From positions 96,001-160,000 of the forward strand of contig VMGC01000005.1 of NCBI GenBank assembly GCA_007376385.1: a stretch of 64,000 bases of DNA. Direction: 5' to 3'. The position numbers and the translations under genes are program-made. Shown piece after piece: positions 23,896 through 32,591 of the stretch. The stretch's first letter is position 1. Every line of letters starts with the position of its first letter. This stretch comes from Parcubacteria group bacterium Gr01-1014_8 (lineage in GTDB: Bacteria > Patescibacteriota > Minisyncoccia > Phycocordibacterales > UBA2100). Below the pieces are notes generated by a model. That model saw nothing but the letters and a program-made list of their open reading frames with translations, did no database searches and had not been told where the DNA came from.

Positions 23896-26421
23896 GTGTA
23901 TATGAAAAAACACATCCGACCGAGCGGCGTGCGACAACCGAGTGGCGAACGAGGACGTGGTGAGGACAGCAGTCCGAATCCAGGAAGTGCTGAGGCCAGC
24001 AGAGCGAACGTGGTCTGGATGGAGGAGGTCGGGATGAACGATGTCGCGAGCGTGGGGGGAAAGAACGCCTCGCTGGGCGAGCTTCTCGGTTCTGTCGGAA
24101 AAAAAGGAGTTCGAGTGCCGAGCGGTTTCATCGTCACTGCAGCAGCGTACGAGTACATATTGAAGAAAAATAATCTGAATGCATTTATTAAAGAGACTCT
24201 TAGTGGCATCCAGGTCCGCAACATCAAGGAACTTGCACGCCGCGCAAAGAAGATACGCGACAAGATAATCGCCTCAAAACTCCCGCCAGACCTGGCGGGA
24301 GAAATCGTTAAAGGGTATCGGGAGATGGAAAGGCAATACGGTAAAAATGTGGATGTTGCGGTCCGCTCCAGCGCGACTGCAGAAGACTTGCCGGATGCGA
24401 GTTTTGCAGGGCAACAGGAGACATACCTCGGCATCCGCGGAGAAGCAGCAGTCCTGAAAGCGGTGATGTGGACCATAGCGTCGCTCTTCAACGATAGAGC
24501 AATCGTATATCGCGCCGAAAAAGGATATTCCCATACACACATCGCACTTTCCGTCGGTGTTCAGAAAATGGTGCGGGCAGGGGAGGGCTCATCGGGCGTC
24601 ATGTTTACGCTCGACACCGAATCCGGATTCAAAGATGTGGTGCTGATCACCGCCTCGCTGGGGCTAGGCGAGCTTATCGTCCAAGGCCGCGTTTCTCCCG
24701 ATGAGTACATCGTATTCAAGCCGACGCTCGGCAAGTTTCCGAAACCAATCATCTCAAAGGCAATGGGCCAGAAGGAAGGCAAGATGGTGTACTCCAAGCA
24801 AAACGAATCAGTGGATATTTCGCGCGTAAAAGAAATTAAGACAAGTGAAAAAGAACGAAGCACGTTCTGTCTCTCGGACAAAGATATTCTTACGCTCGCA
24901 AAATGGGCGACGATGATAGAGGACCACTATACGAGGCGCCGCGGTTCATGGTCGCCGATGGACATCGAGTGGGCGAAAGATGGCGACGGGAAACTGTATA
25001 TCTTGCAGGCGCGGCCGGAGACCGTGCAAGTGAAGCGTGACGTCACGGTCTTTCGAGAATATTTGCTTCGCGGCAAACCGCGCAAACTTCTTGCGAAGGG
25101 TATATCAGTGGGGCACAGCATCGTCTCTGGACGTGCACGCGTTATCCATCACCCCAAGGAAGCAGAACAATTCAAGAAAGGCGAAATTCTCATCACGAAA
25201 ATGACAGACCCTGACTGGGGCCCGATCATGAAAATGGCAACCGCCATCGTAACGGATAGTGGCGGCAGGACCTCGCACGCGGCAATCGTCTCTCGCGAAC
25301 TTGGCATTCCGGCCATCGTCGGCGCTCATGACGCGACAAAAAAGATAAGGACGGGAGACATCATCACCATAGATGTCGCAGGCTCGGAAGGCAGGATTTA
25401 TCCGGGCAAGGTCTCCTTCACGATGACCGAACAGAACATCAAGGCGCTCCCGAAAACAAAAACGAAGCTCATGCTGAACCTCGCGTCGCCCGACATGGCA
25501 TTCGGCTATTCGCACTTGCCGGTGCAGGGCGTGGGCCTCGCGCGCGAAGAATTCATCATCGCGTCCTACATCGGCATCCATCCATCGGCGGTTCTCAATT
25601 TCAAAACGTTGCCCCCGGACATAAAGAAAAAAGTCGCGAACCGTACGCGCGGTTGGAGCGACCCGAGACAATTCTACATAGACAAGCTTGCCTTCGGTAT
25701 CGCCAAGATCGCGGCCGCATTCTATCCGAAGCAGGTCATCGTCCGTTTTTCTGATTTCAAGTCGAACGAGTATGCAGGCCTCATAGGCGGTGACTTGTAC
25801 GAGCCTAAAGAAGAAAACCCGATGATAGGGTGGCGTGGTGCGTCCCGCTACTACGCGCCGGCATTCCGCAAAGCGTTCGAGCTGGAAATAAAGGCGTTCT
25901 TGAAAGTGCGCAACGATATGGGGCTTAAGAACGTGATACCCATGGTGCCGTTCTGCCGCACTATTGAAGAGGCGAAAAAGGTTCTTGCGTTGATGGCGGA
26001 GGACGGACTTGTCCCGCGCTCGCTCGCGAAGAAGAAGAGCGAAGGAGTCGAAACCATCATGATGTGCGAGATACCGTCAAACGTCGTCCTTGCTGATGAA
26101 TTTCTCAACTACTTCGACGGTTTTTCCATCGGCTCGAACGACTTAACCCAGCTTGCGCTCGGACTCGACAGAGATTCTGGCACTATCGCCAAGGTGGGCA
26201 ACGAGAACGACCCGGCTATCCGAAAACTCATCAGTGGCGCAATAGATGCCTGCAAGAGGCGAAAGAAATATTCAGGCATCTGCGGCCAGGGTCCGTCGGA
26301 TCTTCCTGATTTTGGCGACTTTCTGGTGCGGAAGGGAATTGGGAGCATGTCGCTGAACCCCGACACGGTCGTCAAAACGCTGGTGCGGATCGCGAAGCTG
26401 GAGAAAAAGTTGAAGTTCTAA
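23896..26421 (+). CDS. ppsA: phosphoenolpyruvate synthase (pyruvate, water dikinase)
   Basis: N-terminus VVWMEEVGMNDVASVGGKNASLGELL aligns with E. coli PpsA (LWYNQLGMNDVDRVGGKNASLGEM). The central phosphohistidine domain (GGRTSHAAIVSRELGIPAIVG) and C-terminal PEP-utilising TIM barrel are present. 841 aa. Confidence 0.92.
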   Translation: MYMKKHIRPSGVRQPSGERGRGEDSSPNPGSAEASRANVVWMEEVGMNDVASVGGKNASLGELLGSVGKKGVRVPSGFIVTAAAYEYILKKNNLNAFIKETLSGIQVRNIKELARRAKKIRDKIIASKLPPDLAGEIVKGYREMERQYGKNVDVAVRSSATAEDLPDASFAGQQETYLGIRGEAAVLKAVMWTIASLFNDRAIVYRAEKGYSHTHIALSVGVQKMVRAGEGSSGVMFTLDTESGFKDVVLITASLGLGELIVQGRVSPDEYIVFKPTLGKFPKPIISKAMGQKEGKMVYSKQNESVDISRVKEIKTSEKERSTFCLSDKDILTLAKWATMIEDHYTRRRGSWSPMDIEWAKDGDGKLYILQARPETVQVKRDVTVFREYLLRGKPRKLLAKGISVGHSIVSGRARVIHHPKEAEQFKKGEILITKMTDPDWGPIMKMATAIVTDSGGRTSHAAIVSRELGIPAIVGAHDATKKIRTGDIITIDVAGSEGRIYPGKVSFTMTEQNIKALPKTKTKLMLNLASPDMAFGYSHLPVQGVGLAREEFIIASYIGIHPSAVLNFKTLPPDIKKKVANRTRGWSDPRQFYIDKLAFGIAKIAAAFYPKQVIVRFSDFKSNEYAGLIGGDLYEPKEENPMIGWRGASRYYAPAFRKAFELEIKAFLKVRNDMGLKNVIPMVPFCRTIEEAKKVLALMAEDGLVPRSLAKKKSEGVETIMMCEIPSNVVLADEFLNYFDGFSIGSNDLTQLALGLDRDSGTIAKVGNENDPAIRKLISGAIDACKRRKKYSGICGQGPSDLPDFGDFLVRKGIGSMSLNPDTVVKTLVRIAKLEKKLKF

Positions 26422-26451
26422 TCAAGAGTCTCTGCATAGAGCTCAAATCCA

Positions 26452-26491
26452 AAATACCATAATGGTGCCGGTCGGCACCATTATGGTATTT
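26452..26491. repeat. Family A palindromic element, copy A2; likely bidirectional terminator after ppsA
   Basis: AAATACCATAATGGTGCCGGTCGGCACCATTATGGTATTT is a perfect 40-nt palindrome, followed by CGTTTTTC. Confidence 0.8.
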
Positions 26492-26512
26492 CGTTTTTCA
26501 TGGTGAGAAGCG

Positions 26513-27043
26513 TCAACCTGCGCTCTCTCGCTCGATAACGTCCTGTATCTCGCGAATATCTTTTACGTTCTCCATCCATCTGAGTTCTCTGTCTGTTTTC
26601 GAAATACCGAGGTGATGGTGCAAGGCATCATGCATACGCAATATTTTCGTTATTTCTGCTTCCGCACGCACGTCTATTTCGAAATCCATCTGTTGGCGTA
26701 GGTCCGCAATTTTGCTCTGTCTGTTCTGGCTGATGAGGACGACGATGGCGAGACCGATTGCTTCAAGCGAGACTACCATCGTAAGGAGCCCGAATGGGAA
26801 CGGGTCAAATATAGGGAGTCCTAGCCATCCCAGATTCCACTCTATCCAGCCGATGAAGAACCCCGCATGCCAGATCAGGAACCAGACAGTGCCGAACTGT
26901 ACGGTCATGAAATCGGCGACTTTATCGGTCCAGTGCCGCTCAAACTTGAGCTGGGACTTGAACATTTCAGCCTTATGCTTCGCCTTCTTTTTGTGCTCCT
27001 CTTTTACTTCAAGGGTATGTTTTATTGGCTCCATCTCCGGCAT
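26513..27043 (-). CDS. DUF1003-like membrane protein
   Basis: Architecture of Lys-rich N-terminus, two TM helices (FGTVWFLIWHAGFFIGW..., LLTMVVSLEAIGLAIVVLISQ) and a C-terminal coiled coil matches the DUF1003 layout as I recall it. Confidence 0.55.
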   Translation of the reverse strand: MPEMEPIKHTLEVKEEHKKKAKHKAEMFKSQLKFERHWTDKVADFMTVQFGTVWFLIWHAGFFIGWIEWNLGWLGLPIFDPFPFGLLTMVVSLEAIGLAIVVLISQNRQSKIADLRQQMDFEIDVRAEAEITKILRMHDALHHHLGISKTDRELRWMENVKDIREIQDVIERESAG

Positions 27044-27114
27044 CCTACCCCCGGCTCGACTTCTCCTCAACTGGCGTCTCGCGTTGGGCTCTCAAGCATG
27101 CCGATTGCGGAGGC

Positions 27115-27203
27115 CTTTATTGGCGAGCGTTGCGAGCGAAGCGAAAATGTATTCATTTTCATTTTCGAGCCGAGGAGCCAACATAGGGTCGAATACCCCG
27201 CGG
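27115..27203 (+). repeat. Family C dyad-symmetric repeat, copy C2
   Basis: CTTTATTGGCGAGCGTTGCGAGCGAAGCGAAAATG-tattc-ATTTTCATTTTCGAGCCGAGGAGCCAACATAGGGTCGAATACCCCGCGG. Intergenic, between two minus-strand genes. Confidence 0.8.
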
Positions 27204-27215
27204 TATGAATACCCT

Positions 27216-27581
27216 TTATTTTAAGAGCCTGTCGATAGCATCAATGATGCCTTGTGCTGATTCATCTGATTTCACTACGTAGCCGCGGATACCGAGCGCC
27301 ATTCCTTCCGCGATGTTATCCATTGAAGACACGTTGGAGGTAATGAGTACAGGCGTTTTACCCTCGCCGTATTTTTTGTTCAGTTCCTTCAGGAATTGGA
27401 GGCCGTCCATTCCAGGCATCTTGATATCAAGAAGGATGCCGTCGGGCTGTGATTCGCTCATTTTTTGCAGCCCCTCGCTTCCGTCACTCGCACATACCAC
27501 TTCGTACTCTGCGCTGTCCAGCTCTCCTTTCATGAGACTCTTGAAAGTCTCGTCATCATCGATAATAAGTATTTTCTTCAT
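27216..27581 (-). CDS. single-domain response regulator (CheY-like receiver)
   Basis: ILIIDDDE ... GILLDIKMPGMDG ... receiver fold. 121 aa. No cognate kinase is adjacent. Confidence 0.82.
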   Translation of the reverse strand: MKKILIIDDDETFKSLMKGELDSAEYEVVCASDGSEGLQKMSESQPDGILLDIKMPGMDGLQFLKELNKKYGEGKTPVLITSNVSSMDNIAEGMALGIRGYVVKSDESAQGIIDAIDRLLK

Positions 27582-27801
27582 GGACTAGTTGTTTCTTTTT
27601 GCGCCACCGGGAGGGTGAAATAAAATGTACTTCCGACCCCAACTTTGGTCACAACGCCGGTAATACCTCCGTGCCCCTATTATACCCTTGGCGATGGCGA
27701 GCCCAAGGCCTGATCCTCGCATTCTCGGGATTGCCTTGTTATCGAAAACCAAAACGCCCAGCGATAGCGCGGGGCGTTCTCCACTCCTTTGTTAGAAGAA
27801 G

Positions 27802-29136
27802 TTACGGTTGGACGAATGACTGGGTCGAACTCGTTGCCGTGTTGTTCGCTGCGTCCGTCGTCTCTATAGCGTAGTAGTACGTTGTACTTGCCGTAAGCCC
27901 AGAGAGTCCGAGCAGGTGGTTTGTTACGAGCGTGCTATTAAACGCGTTCAAGGTCGGACTCGCCAGCGTGACAGGCGTTGTTGTGCCGTACCATACTTTA
28001 CTCGAGGCGTTTTCGTTCGTCGCCCATATCACGTTTGCTGCCGTTGCAGAGGTAGACGATGCGTTTAGACCCGAGATAATTGGTGCGGTTGTGTCAGGCG
28101 TTCCTGTCGTGAACGTCGAATCTCCCGAAGTTGCACTGTTGCCCGCAGCATCTTTCGAGATAACGCGGAAGTGGTACAGCGTTCCGTTGGTGAGACCCGT
28201 AATCGCGACGCTGTGACTTGTCACAAGCGTTGCATTAAGCGTTGTCGTTGCCCCGTAGGAAGTTGTTGTTCCGTATTCGACTTGGGATGTTGCGCCTTCG
28301 TTGGTGTTCCACTGGATCGTTGCTCCTGCAGTTGTGATGCTTGTCGCAGCAATGTTGCTGAACGTCGGAGCAGTTGTGTCGGTTGGTGTCCCGCCCCCTG
28401 CACATACGCCGACAGAGTCGCCGTGAGCGAGGTGGGCTCCGAGAGCCGGAATTGCGATGACGAGTGTTTGCGGAGACGCACCGGCTGGCTTGTGGCACAG
28501 AGTCACAAATCCTTGTCCCGGCGTCGTCGAGCTGATCTCAAGTCCAAGTCTCTTGATGATGCCGAACGGAAGTTCTCGGCCGATGAAGAGCGAAAGGATT
28601 TTAGCCTGCGTCTTTGGGCCAAAGATACCGATGGAATCAATGCCGTGCTTTTTCTGGAACAGGCGCAGCGCTGCTTCGGTTCTCGGGCCAAAGAATCCAG
28701 TTATGAATTCCGGCGAGAAGAGCGAAGGATCCTGTGCAAGAAGTTCCTGCAAGTCGCGCACGTCATCGCCTGACATGCCGCGTGAGAGCGAGCGAAGGAA
28801 TTTCAGGTCCTTTCTCACATCCTTTATATCGGATTTTGTTTCTTTTATCTCGACTTTGAGCGCTGCTCGCGCTGCGTCGTTCGAATCGTCGTTGCTCAAG
28901 GCCTTCTTGTCCGCCTTCAGCTTTGCGAGCTCTTCTTGCAGAATCTTAATCTGCTGCATGAGCGCATCGGTGGTTGTGCCAAGTGCTCCGAAGTTGAACA
29001 CCCACGACTTGTTGCCGTTGTTACTCTTTCCCGACTTTCCATGTTCGCCGTCATTATCGTTGTCTGCATATGCGAGCGGTGCCATAGCGAGGCCCATGAA
29101 CATTGCAGAGATTATTCCTACTCGTAATAGATACAT
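27802..29136 (-). CDS. secreted protein with a coiled coil, a PG_binding_1 domain and two fibronectin type III-like domains
   Basis: Signal peptide MYLLRVGIISAMFMGLAMAPLAYA. SGDDVRDLQELLAQD...FGPRTEAALRLFQKKHG is PG_binding_1-like. The two Thr/Ser-rich ~90-aa repeats (...VEYGTT...LTNGTLYHFRV...; ...VWYGTT...LTASTTYYYAI...) are Fn3-like. Confidence 0.7.
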   Translation of the reverse strand: MYLLRVGIISAMFMGLAMAPLAYADNDNDGEHGKSGKSNNGNKSWVFNFGALGTTTDALMQQIKILQEELAKLKADKKALSNDDSNDAARAALKVEIKETKSDIKDVRKDLKFLRSLSRGMSGDDVRDLQELLAQDPSLFSPEFITGFFGPRTEAALRLFQKKHGIDSIGIFGPKTQAKILSLFIGRELPFGIIKRLGLEISSTTPGQGFVTLCHKPAGASPQTLVIAIPALGAHLAHGDSVGVCAGGGTPTDTTAPTFSNIAATSITTAGATIQWNTNEGATSQVEYGTTTSYGATTTLNATLVTSHSVAITGLTNGTLYHFRVISKDAAGNSATSGDSTFTTGTPDTTAPIISGLNASSTSATAANVIWATNENASSKVWYGTTTPVTLASPTLNAFNSTLVTNHLLGLSGLTASTTYYYAIETTDAANNTATSSTQSFVQP

Positions 29137-29433
29137 ATTTGCTATTGCTTTATTACTAAGTTTATAAGCCGCACGAATGTGGATTATACACCCGTACTTG
29201 TAGGTAGGACGGTGGGGGAGTGCGCTTCTTGCGGTTGCCCAGATTAGCACACGTTTACAGCGTACTTGTCAATTTTCGGCAGTCCCAACCAATCATCAAG
29301 CACTGACGATAGTCTTGAATCCACCGTACGCCATCTTTTTCGTTCTTCCCGGCCAGCAAATAGGGCAGGGACCGCTTCCGCGAAACTTGTGACCGCGGTT
29401 GCAAGTTCTCCATGGAGATTTCTTTTTCATTGT

Positions 29434-29700
29434 TCAATCTTCGTTGTCGTGAATGTTATCGATTGGGACCCACCATTTTGTTGGCACCCCGTTAACAGCA
29501 ATCATAACCTCTCCTTCAGGCTGACCCTGAAAGTTTTCTCTGACGCGTGTTAATTTATATTCTCCATGAGGACCGGGTTCCTTTACTCCCGTCCAATCAA
29601 CACTTACACGAAGTCCTATTTTGCCGCGAAGTTTTGGGTACTTCCAAAGCAGTCTCGCGTCGTTTTCTTCTTGAGGTGGAGTAATATTTTCCGGACTCAT
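29434..29700 (-). CDS. small hypothetical protein
   Basis: 88 aa with balanced composition. A 4-nt overlap with a further 60-aa ORF (29255..29437) suggests a small operon. No family recognised. Confidence 0.35.
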   Translation of the reverse strand: MSPENITPPQEENDARLLWKYPKLRGKIGLRVSVDWTGVKEPGPHGEYKLTRVRENFQGQPEGEVMIAVNGVPTKWWVPIDNIHDNED

Positions 29701-30101
29701 ACCACTGGAATTGCAGGTTGTGTATTACGCATGCGCAATTTTCCGCCGAGCCACACGAGAGGGAATGCAGTGACCGCAAGCAGGGTGGGGTACCAATGTT
29801 GAGAGAGATTCCATCCTGCAACCACGCCGGCTATCCCGCCGATGACTCCCAAAACCGCGAGAATTTTTACATGTCGCATTTGTTCGTCCGGTGCGAGCAT
29901 AGCGGTCACATATCCGCCTACGATTGCGTACAGACTGCGGTACAGAAAGGCCACAACGAGCATCCATGTGACAAATAATCCTTGGTCAGACACGGGAGGG
30001 AAAATGCCCACTTGTTCGAGCACCCAATCAGTGCCCATTGATAAAACAACAACGGTGATAAGACCTGCAAGAACTGCACCAATGCTTTTAAGGATTGTCA
30101 T
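29697..30101 (-). CDS. hypothetical four-TM membrane protein
   Basis: Hydropathy only. The start was trimmed to MTILKSIGAVLAGL. Confidence 0.45.
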   Translation of the reverse strand: MTILKSIGAVLAGLITVVVLSMGTDWVLEQVGIFPPVSDQGLFVTWMLVVAFLYRSLYAIVGGYVTAMLAPDEQMRHVKILAVLGVIGGIAGVVAGWNLSQHWYPTLLAVTAFPLVWLGGKLRMRNTQPAIPVV

Positions 30102-30223
30102 GCGGTAATTATTTACCCTCAAATGCTTTCTGCAAAGTCGCGATGTACGATGAATGAGATGGCCTCGCTGACTTTTGTGAGGGCACGGGGGAGATCATAT
30201 CAAATCGAGGCTGGATTGAGTGT

Positions 30224-30796
30224 CTACTGCACAAGACAGTATGAGGGGTAGTATCCGCACATGAAGCCCCGAAGTTGTATCCTGTTGGCTTCTGTCTGCC
30301 TTTCGGTAAATTCATTGAACTGTCGCCACGCCTCTTGTTCGTCGATACTTCCGCTACGCAGTCTTCTTTCAATAGCGCCAAGCCCTTCAGCGATGAGGAG
30401 ACCGGGATATGAGCGAGTCCCGTTTGCTTCGTATGCGCGTAATGCCATGCCGTATTCACGGGAGAACCGGGTAAGATTTTCCACCAACTTTCCTAACGCT
30501 GGCTGTCCCGTTTTGTTATACACGGCGGAGTCGTAATTCATGCGCGCGATTTGCATACGCTCTTGGGCGTCATCGACTGCTTCATCGAACGGTCCGAACG
30601 GAGGATCTCCCGGGCGCCATCTCGGTACAGGCCGCAATTCGGCAGGAAGTTCATCAGGATTTTCCTGTGCGAATGCCGGTCCGAACATCATCACTCCGGC
30701 CGCTACTCCTGCCGCTTCTCCTGTCATTCGCAGAAAGTCTCTTCTGCTTGGAAGATTATTTGGAAGCGGTAGTTTTTCCTTGCCGTCCATTGTCAC
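30224..30796 (-). CDS. hypothetical Tat-exported protein
   Basis: SRRDFLRMTGEAAGVAAGVMMFGPAFA is a twin-arginine signal with an AxA cleavage site. No family recognised. Confidence 0.55.
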   Translation of the reverse strand: MTMDGKEKLPLPNNLPSRRDFLRMTGEAAGVAAGVMMFGPAFAQENPDELPAELRPVPRWRPGDPPFGPFDEAVDDAQERMQIARMNYDSAVYNKTGQPALGKLVENLTRFSREYGMALRAYEANGTRSYPGLLIAEGLGAIERRLRSGSIDEQEAWRQFNEFTERQTEANRIQLRGFMCGYYPSYCLVQ

Positions 30797-30867
30797 ACGT
30801 TAACTATACTCTCCTCGACAACCTTTCAAAATGGCGGGGATGCCACCGTCCTGCGAAAAACCGTGTT

Positions 30868-31269
30868 TTACATTTCTTTTGGCTGTATCACGCCAACACG
30901 GTTGCCTTCGGTGTCGAGAATGCTCACGTAGAGTCCAATGCCCGGAATGTCGTCGGGAACGCCGGGCTTTTGTCCGCCCAAGACCGTGCCTCCCGCGTCG
31001 GCCACTTTCTTCATCGCCTCTCGAATATCTTTGACCGCTATGACGACATTCGGGTATTGGTCGGATTTTGTTCTCTTAAATATTCCGCCGTTTATTCTGC
31101 CTGGCTTTGTCGGCATTCTGTCTTTATCCATTTCCGTTGTGTGAATGACAGTATAATTTGCCATTTCCGGTCCGAGGTGCTGTGCGTGCCAGCCGAACGC
31201 CTTTCCATAAAAATCTGCGGCGCGCTTCTGGTCGTCCGCAGGCATCTCAAAGTGAACTACAGGGTCCAT
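30868..31269 (-). CDS. VOC (glyoxalase/bleomycin-resistance) family protein
   Basis: 133 aa. VVHFEMPADD...FYGKAFGW...GG...LDTEGNRVGV is the typical paired beta-alpha-beta-beta-beta VOC fold signature. Confidence 0.7.
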   Translation of the reverse strand: MDPVVHFEMPADDQKRAADFYGKAFGWHAQHLGPEMANYTVIHTTEMDKDRMPTKPGRINGGIFKRTKSDQYPNVVIAVKDIREAMKKVADAGGTVLGGQKPGVPDDIPGIGLYVSILDTEGNRVGVIQPKEM

Positions 31270-31442
31270 AGTGTGTGCTCATTATGATGATAATTATTAG
31301 GAACCCAGTATAGCAAAATCACCTTTTCAGAAGACTTGAAACAAATTGCCTGTCCGCAGCGTACTAGGGGCAATGCGGGGTAGGTTTATCCGTGCATTAA
31401 GCGCTGTAAGACGCCAGCAATCGTTTGCGTCTGTATACACAT

Positions 31443-32174
31443 ATGAATCAGATCTTATTTGGGGTTATTGCATTATTTATGTTCACAATTACCGGTATAG
31501 GTATTGCGGAAGTAAAGACGCAAATGTTTACCAACGCAAACGGCGAGACTAACTCGGAGGTCATCTCTGACGACTCAGGGGCTGCGCGCGTCACATCTCA
31601 ATCGCAAGTTTCAGCAGCGGCCGCTGCCTCTCCTAAGAATAGCGGCGGGGTTTCGGCGAGTGTAGGCGTAAACGCGAAGGCCGCCACCACTGTTCCGGAA
31701 GTTTTGGCGGCGGTTGCCCGCGAGGTTGAGGGCGCACTATTTAGCGGCTGGAGCGATGACGGTGAGGACGAAAATGAGCACGAATATGGGGACGACGATG
31801 AGGACGATGAGGATAATCGCTCGTCGAATCGCACGTCTCAAACGAACACGGCTCCCGCGCCAACGCCAGCTCCTGCTCCAGCACCGACAGCATCATCGAA
31901 CACAAGTACAAACACAAGCACTTCCGTGAGCACCGTTGCGACATTTACAATGTCCGATGTTGCAGCGCACAATTCATCAGCAAGTTGCTATTCGGCAATT
32001 GGCGGGTCAGTCTACGATCTCTCCTCGTTCGTGACAAAACATCCGGGCGGACAGGCGGCGATAAAATCCCTGTGCGGGGTAGACGGAACTGCGGCATATA
32101 ACGGCCAGCATGGCGGGCAAGGCACTCCCGCATCGGTACTCGCACAATACAAAATCGGCGTCGTTGCCAACTAG
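31443..32174 (+). CDS. membrane-anchored protein with a C-terminal cytochrome b5-like heme-binding domain
   Basis: N-terminal TM helix, then an acidic/Ala/Pro/Thr low-complexity linker. C-terminal ~75 aa with FVTKHPGG (the HPGG motif of cyt-b5 domains) plus a second His. Confidence 0.6.
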   Translation: MNQILFGVIALFMFTITGIGIAEVKTQMFTNANGETNSEVISDDSGAARVTSQSQVSAAAAASPKNSGGVSASVGVNAKAATTVPEVLAAVAREVEGALFSGWSDDGEDENEHEYGDDDEDDEDNRSSNRTSQTNTAPAPTPAPAPAPTASSNTSTNTSTSVSTVATFTMSDVAAHNSSASCYSAIGGSVYDLSSFVTKHPGGQAAIKSLCGVDGTAAYNGQHGGQGTPASVLAQYKIGVVAN

Positions 32175-32180
32175 ACGCAT

Positions 32181-32591
32181 ATGTTAGTGCTTCACATCCT
32201 TTCATTTGGGTTTGTTCTCGGTATAACCGCGATAGCCGATAAAGATGCGTTTCTGTGGCTCCGCGGAAAAAAGAGGGTGCTTGAGCGAAAAACGCTGCGG
32301 AACTACCATCTGATGATCTGGCTCGGTCTTATCTCGCTGACAATATCTGGATTCTATCTCTTCTATCCGATGCGGTTATTCTTGCTCTCGAATCTTCTCT
32401 TCGACGTGAAGTTGTTATTCGTCGCAATACTATTCGCGAACGCGATTCTCATCGGGCGTCTCATGAACCTTGCGCTTACGAGACCTTTTGCCGCCTTGAC
32501 GCGAAACGAGAAACTCTCGCTCGTATTGAGCGGTGCAATTTCCGCATTCAGCTGGTTCTGCGCCTCAGCGATTGCTCTTTGGATTTTTTAG
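32181..32591 (+). CDS. hypothetical four-TM membrane protein
   Basis: Hydropathy only. Immediately downstream of the cyt-b5-like gene (7-nt gap). Confidence 0.45.
   Translation: MLVLHILSFGFVLGITAIADKDAFLWLRGKKRVLERKTLRNYHLMIWLGLISLTISGFYLFYPMRLFLLSNLLFDVKLLFVAILFANAILIGRLMNLALTRPFAALTRNEKLSLVLSGAISAFSWFCASAIALWIF

Noticed and set aside
28171-29167. Several + strand ORFs (28171..28773, 28457..29167 and others) inside the Fn3/PG-binding gene
   Set aside because: They are antisense to a gene with clear domain signatures. Their composition is Cys/Arg/Ser-rich.
29255-29437. 60-aa minus-strand ORF overlapping the end of 29434..29700 by 4 nt
   Set aside because: It has no motifs, and a competing + strand ORF (29266..29553) covers the same DNA. 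There is insufficient evidence to call either.
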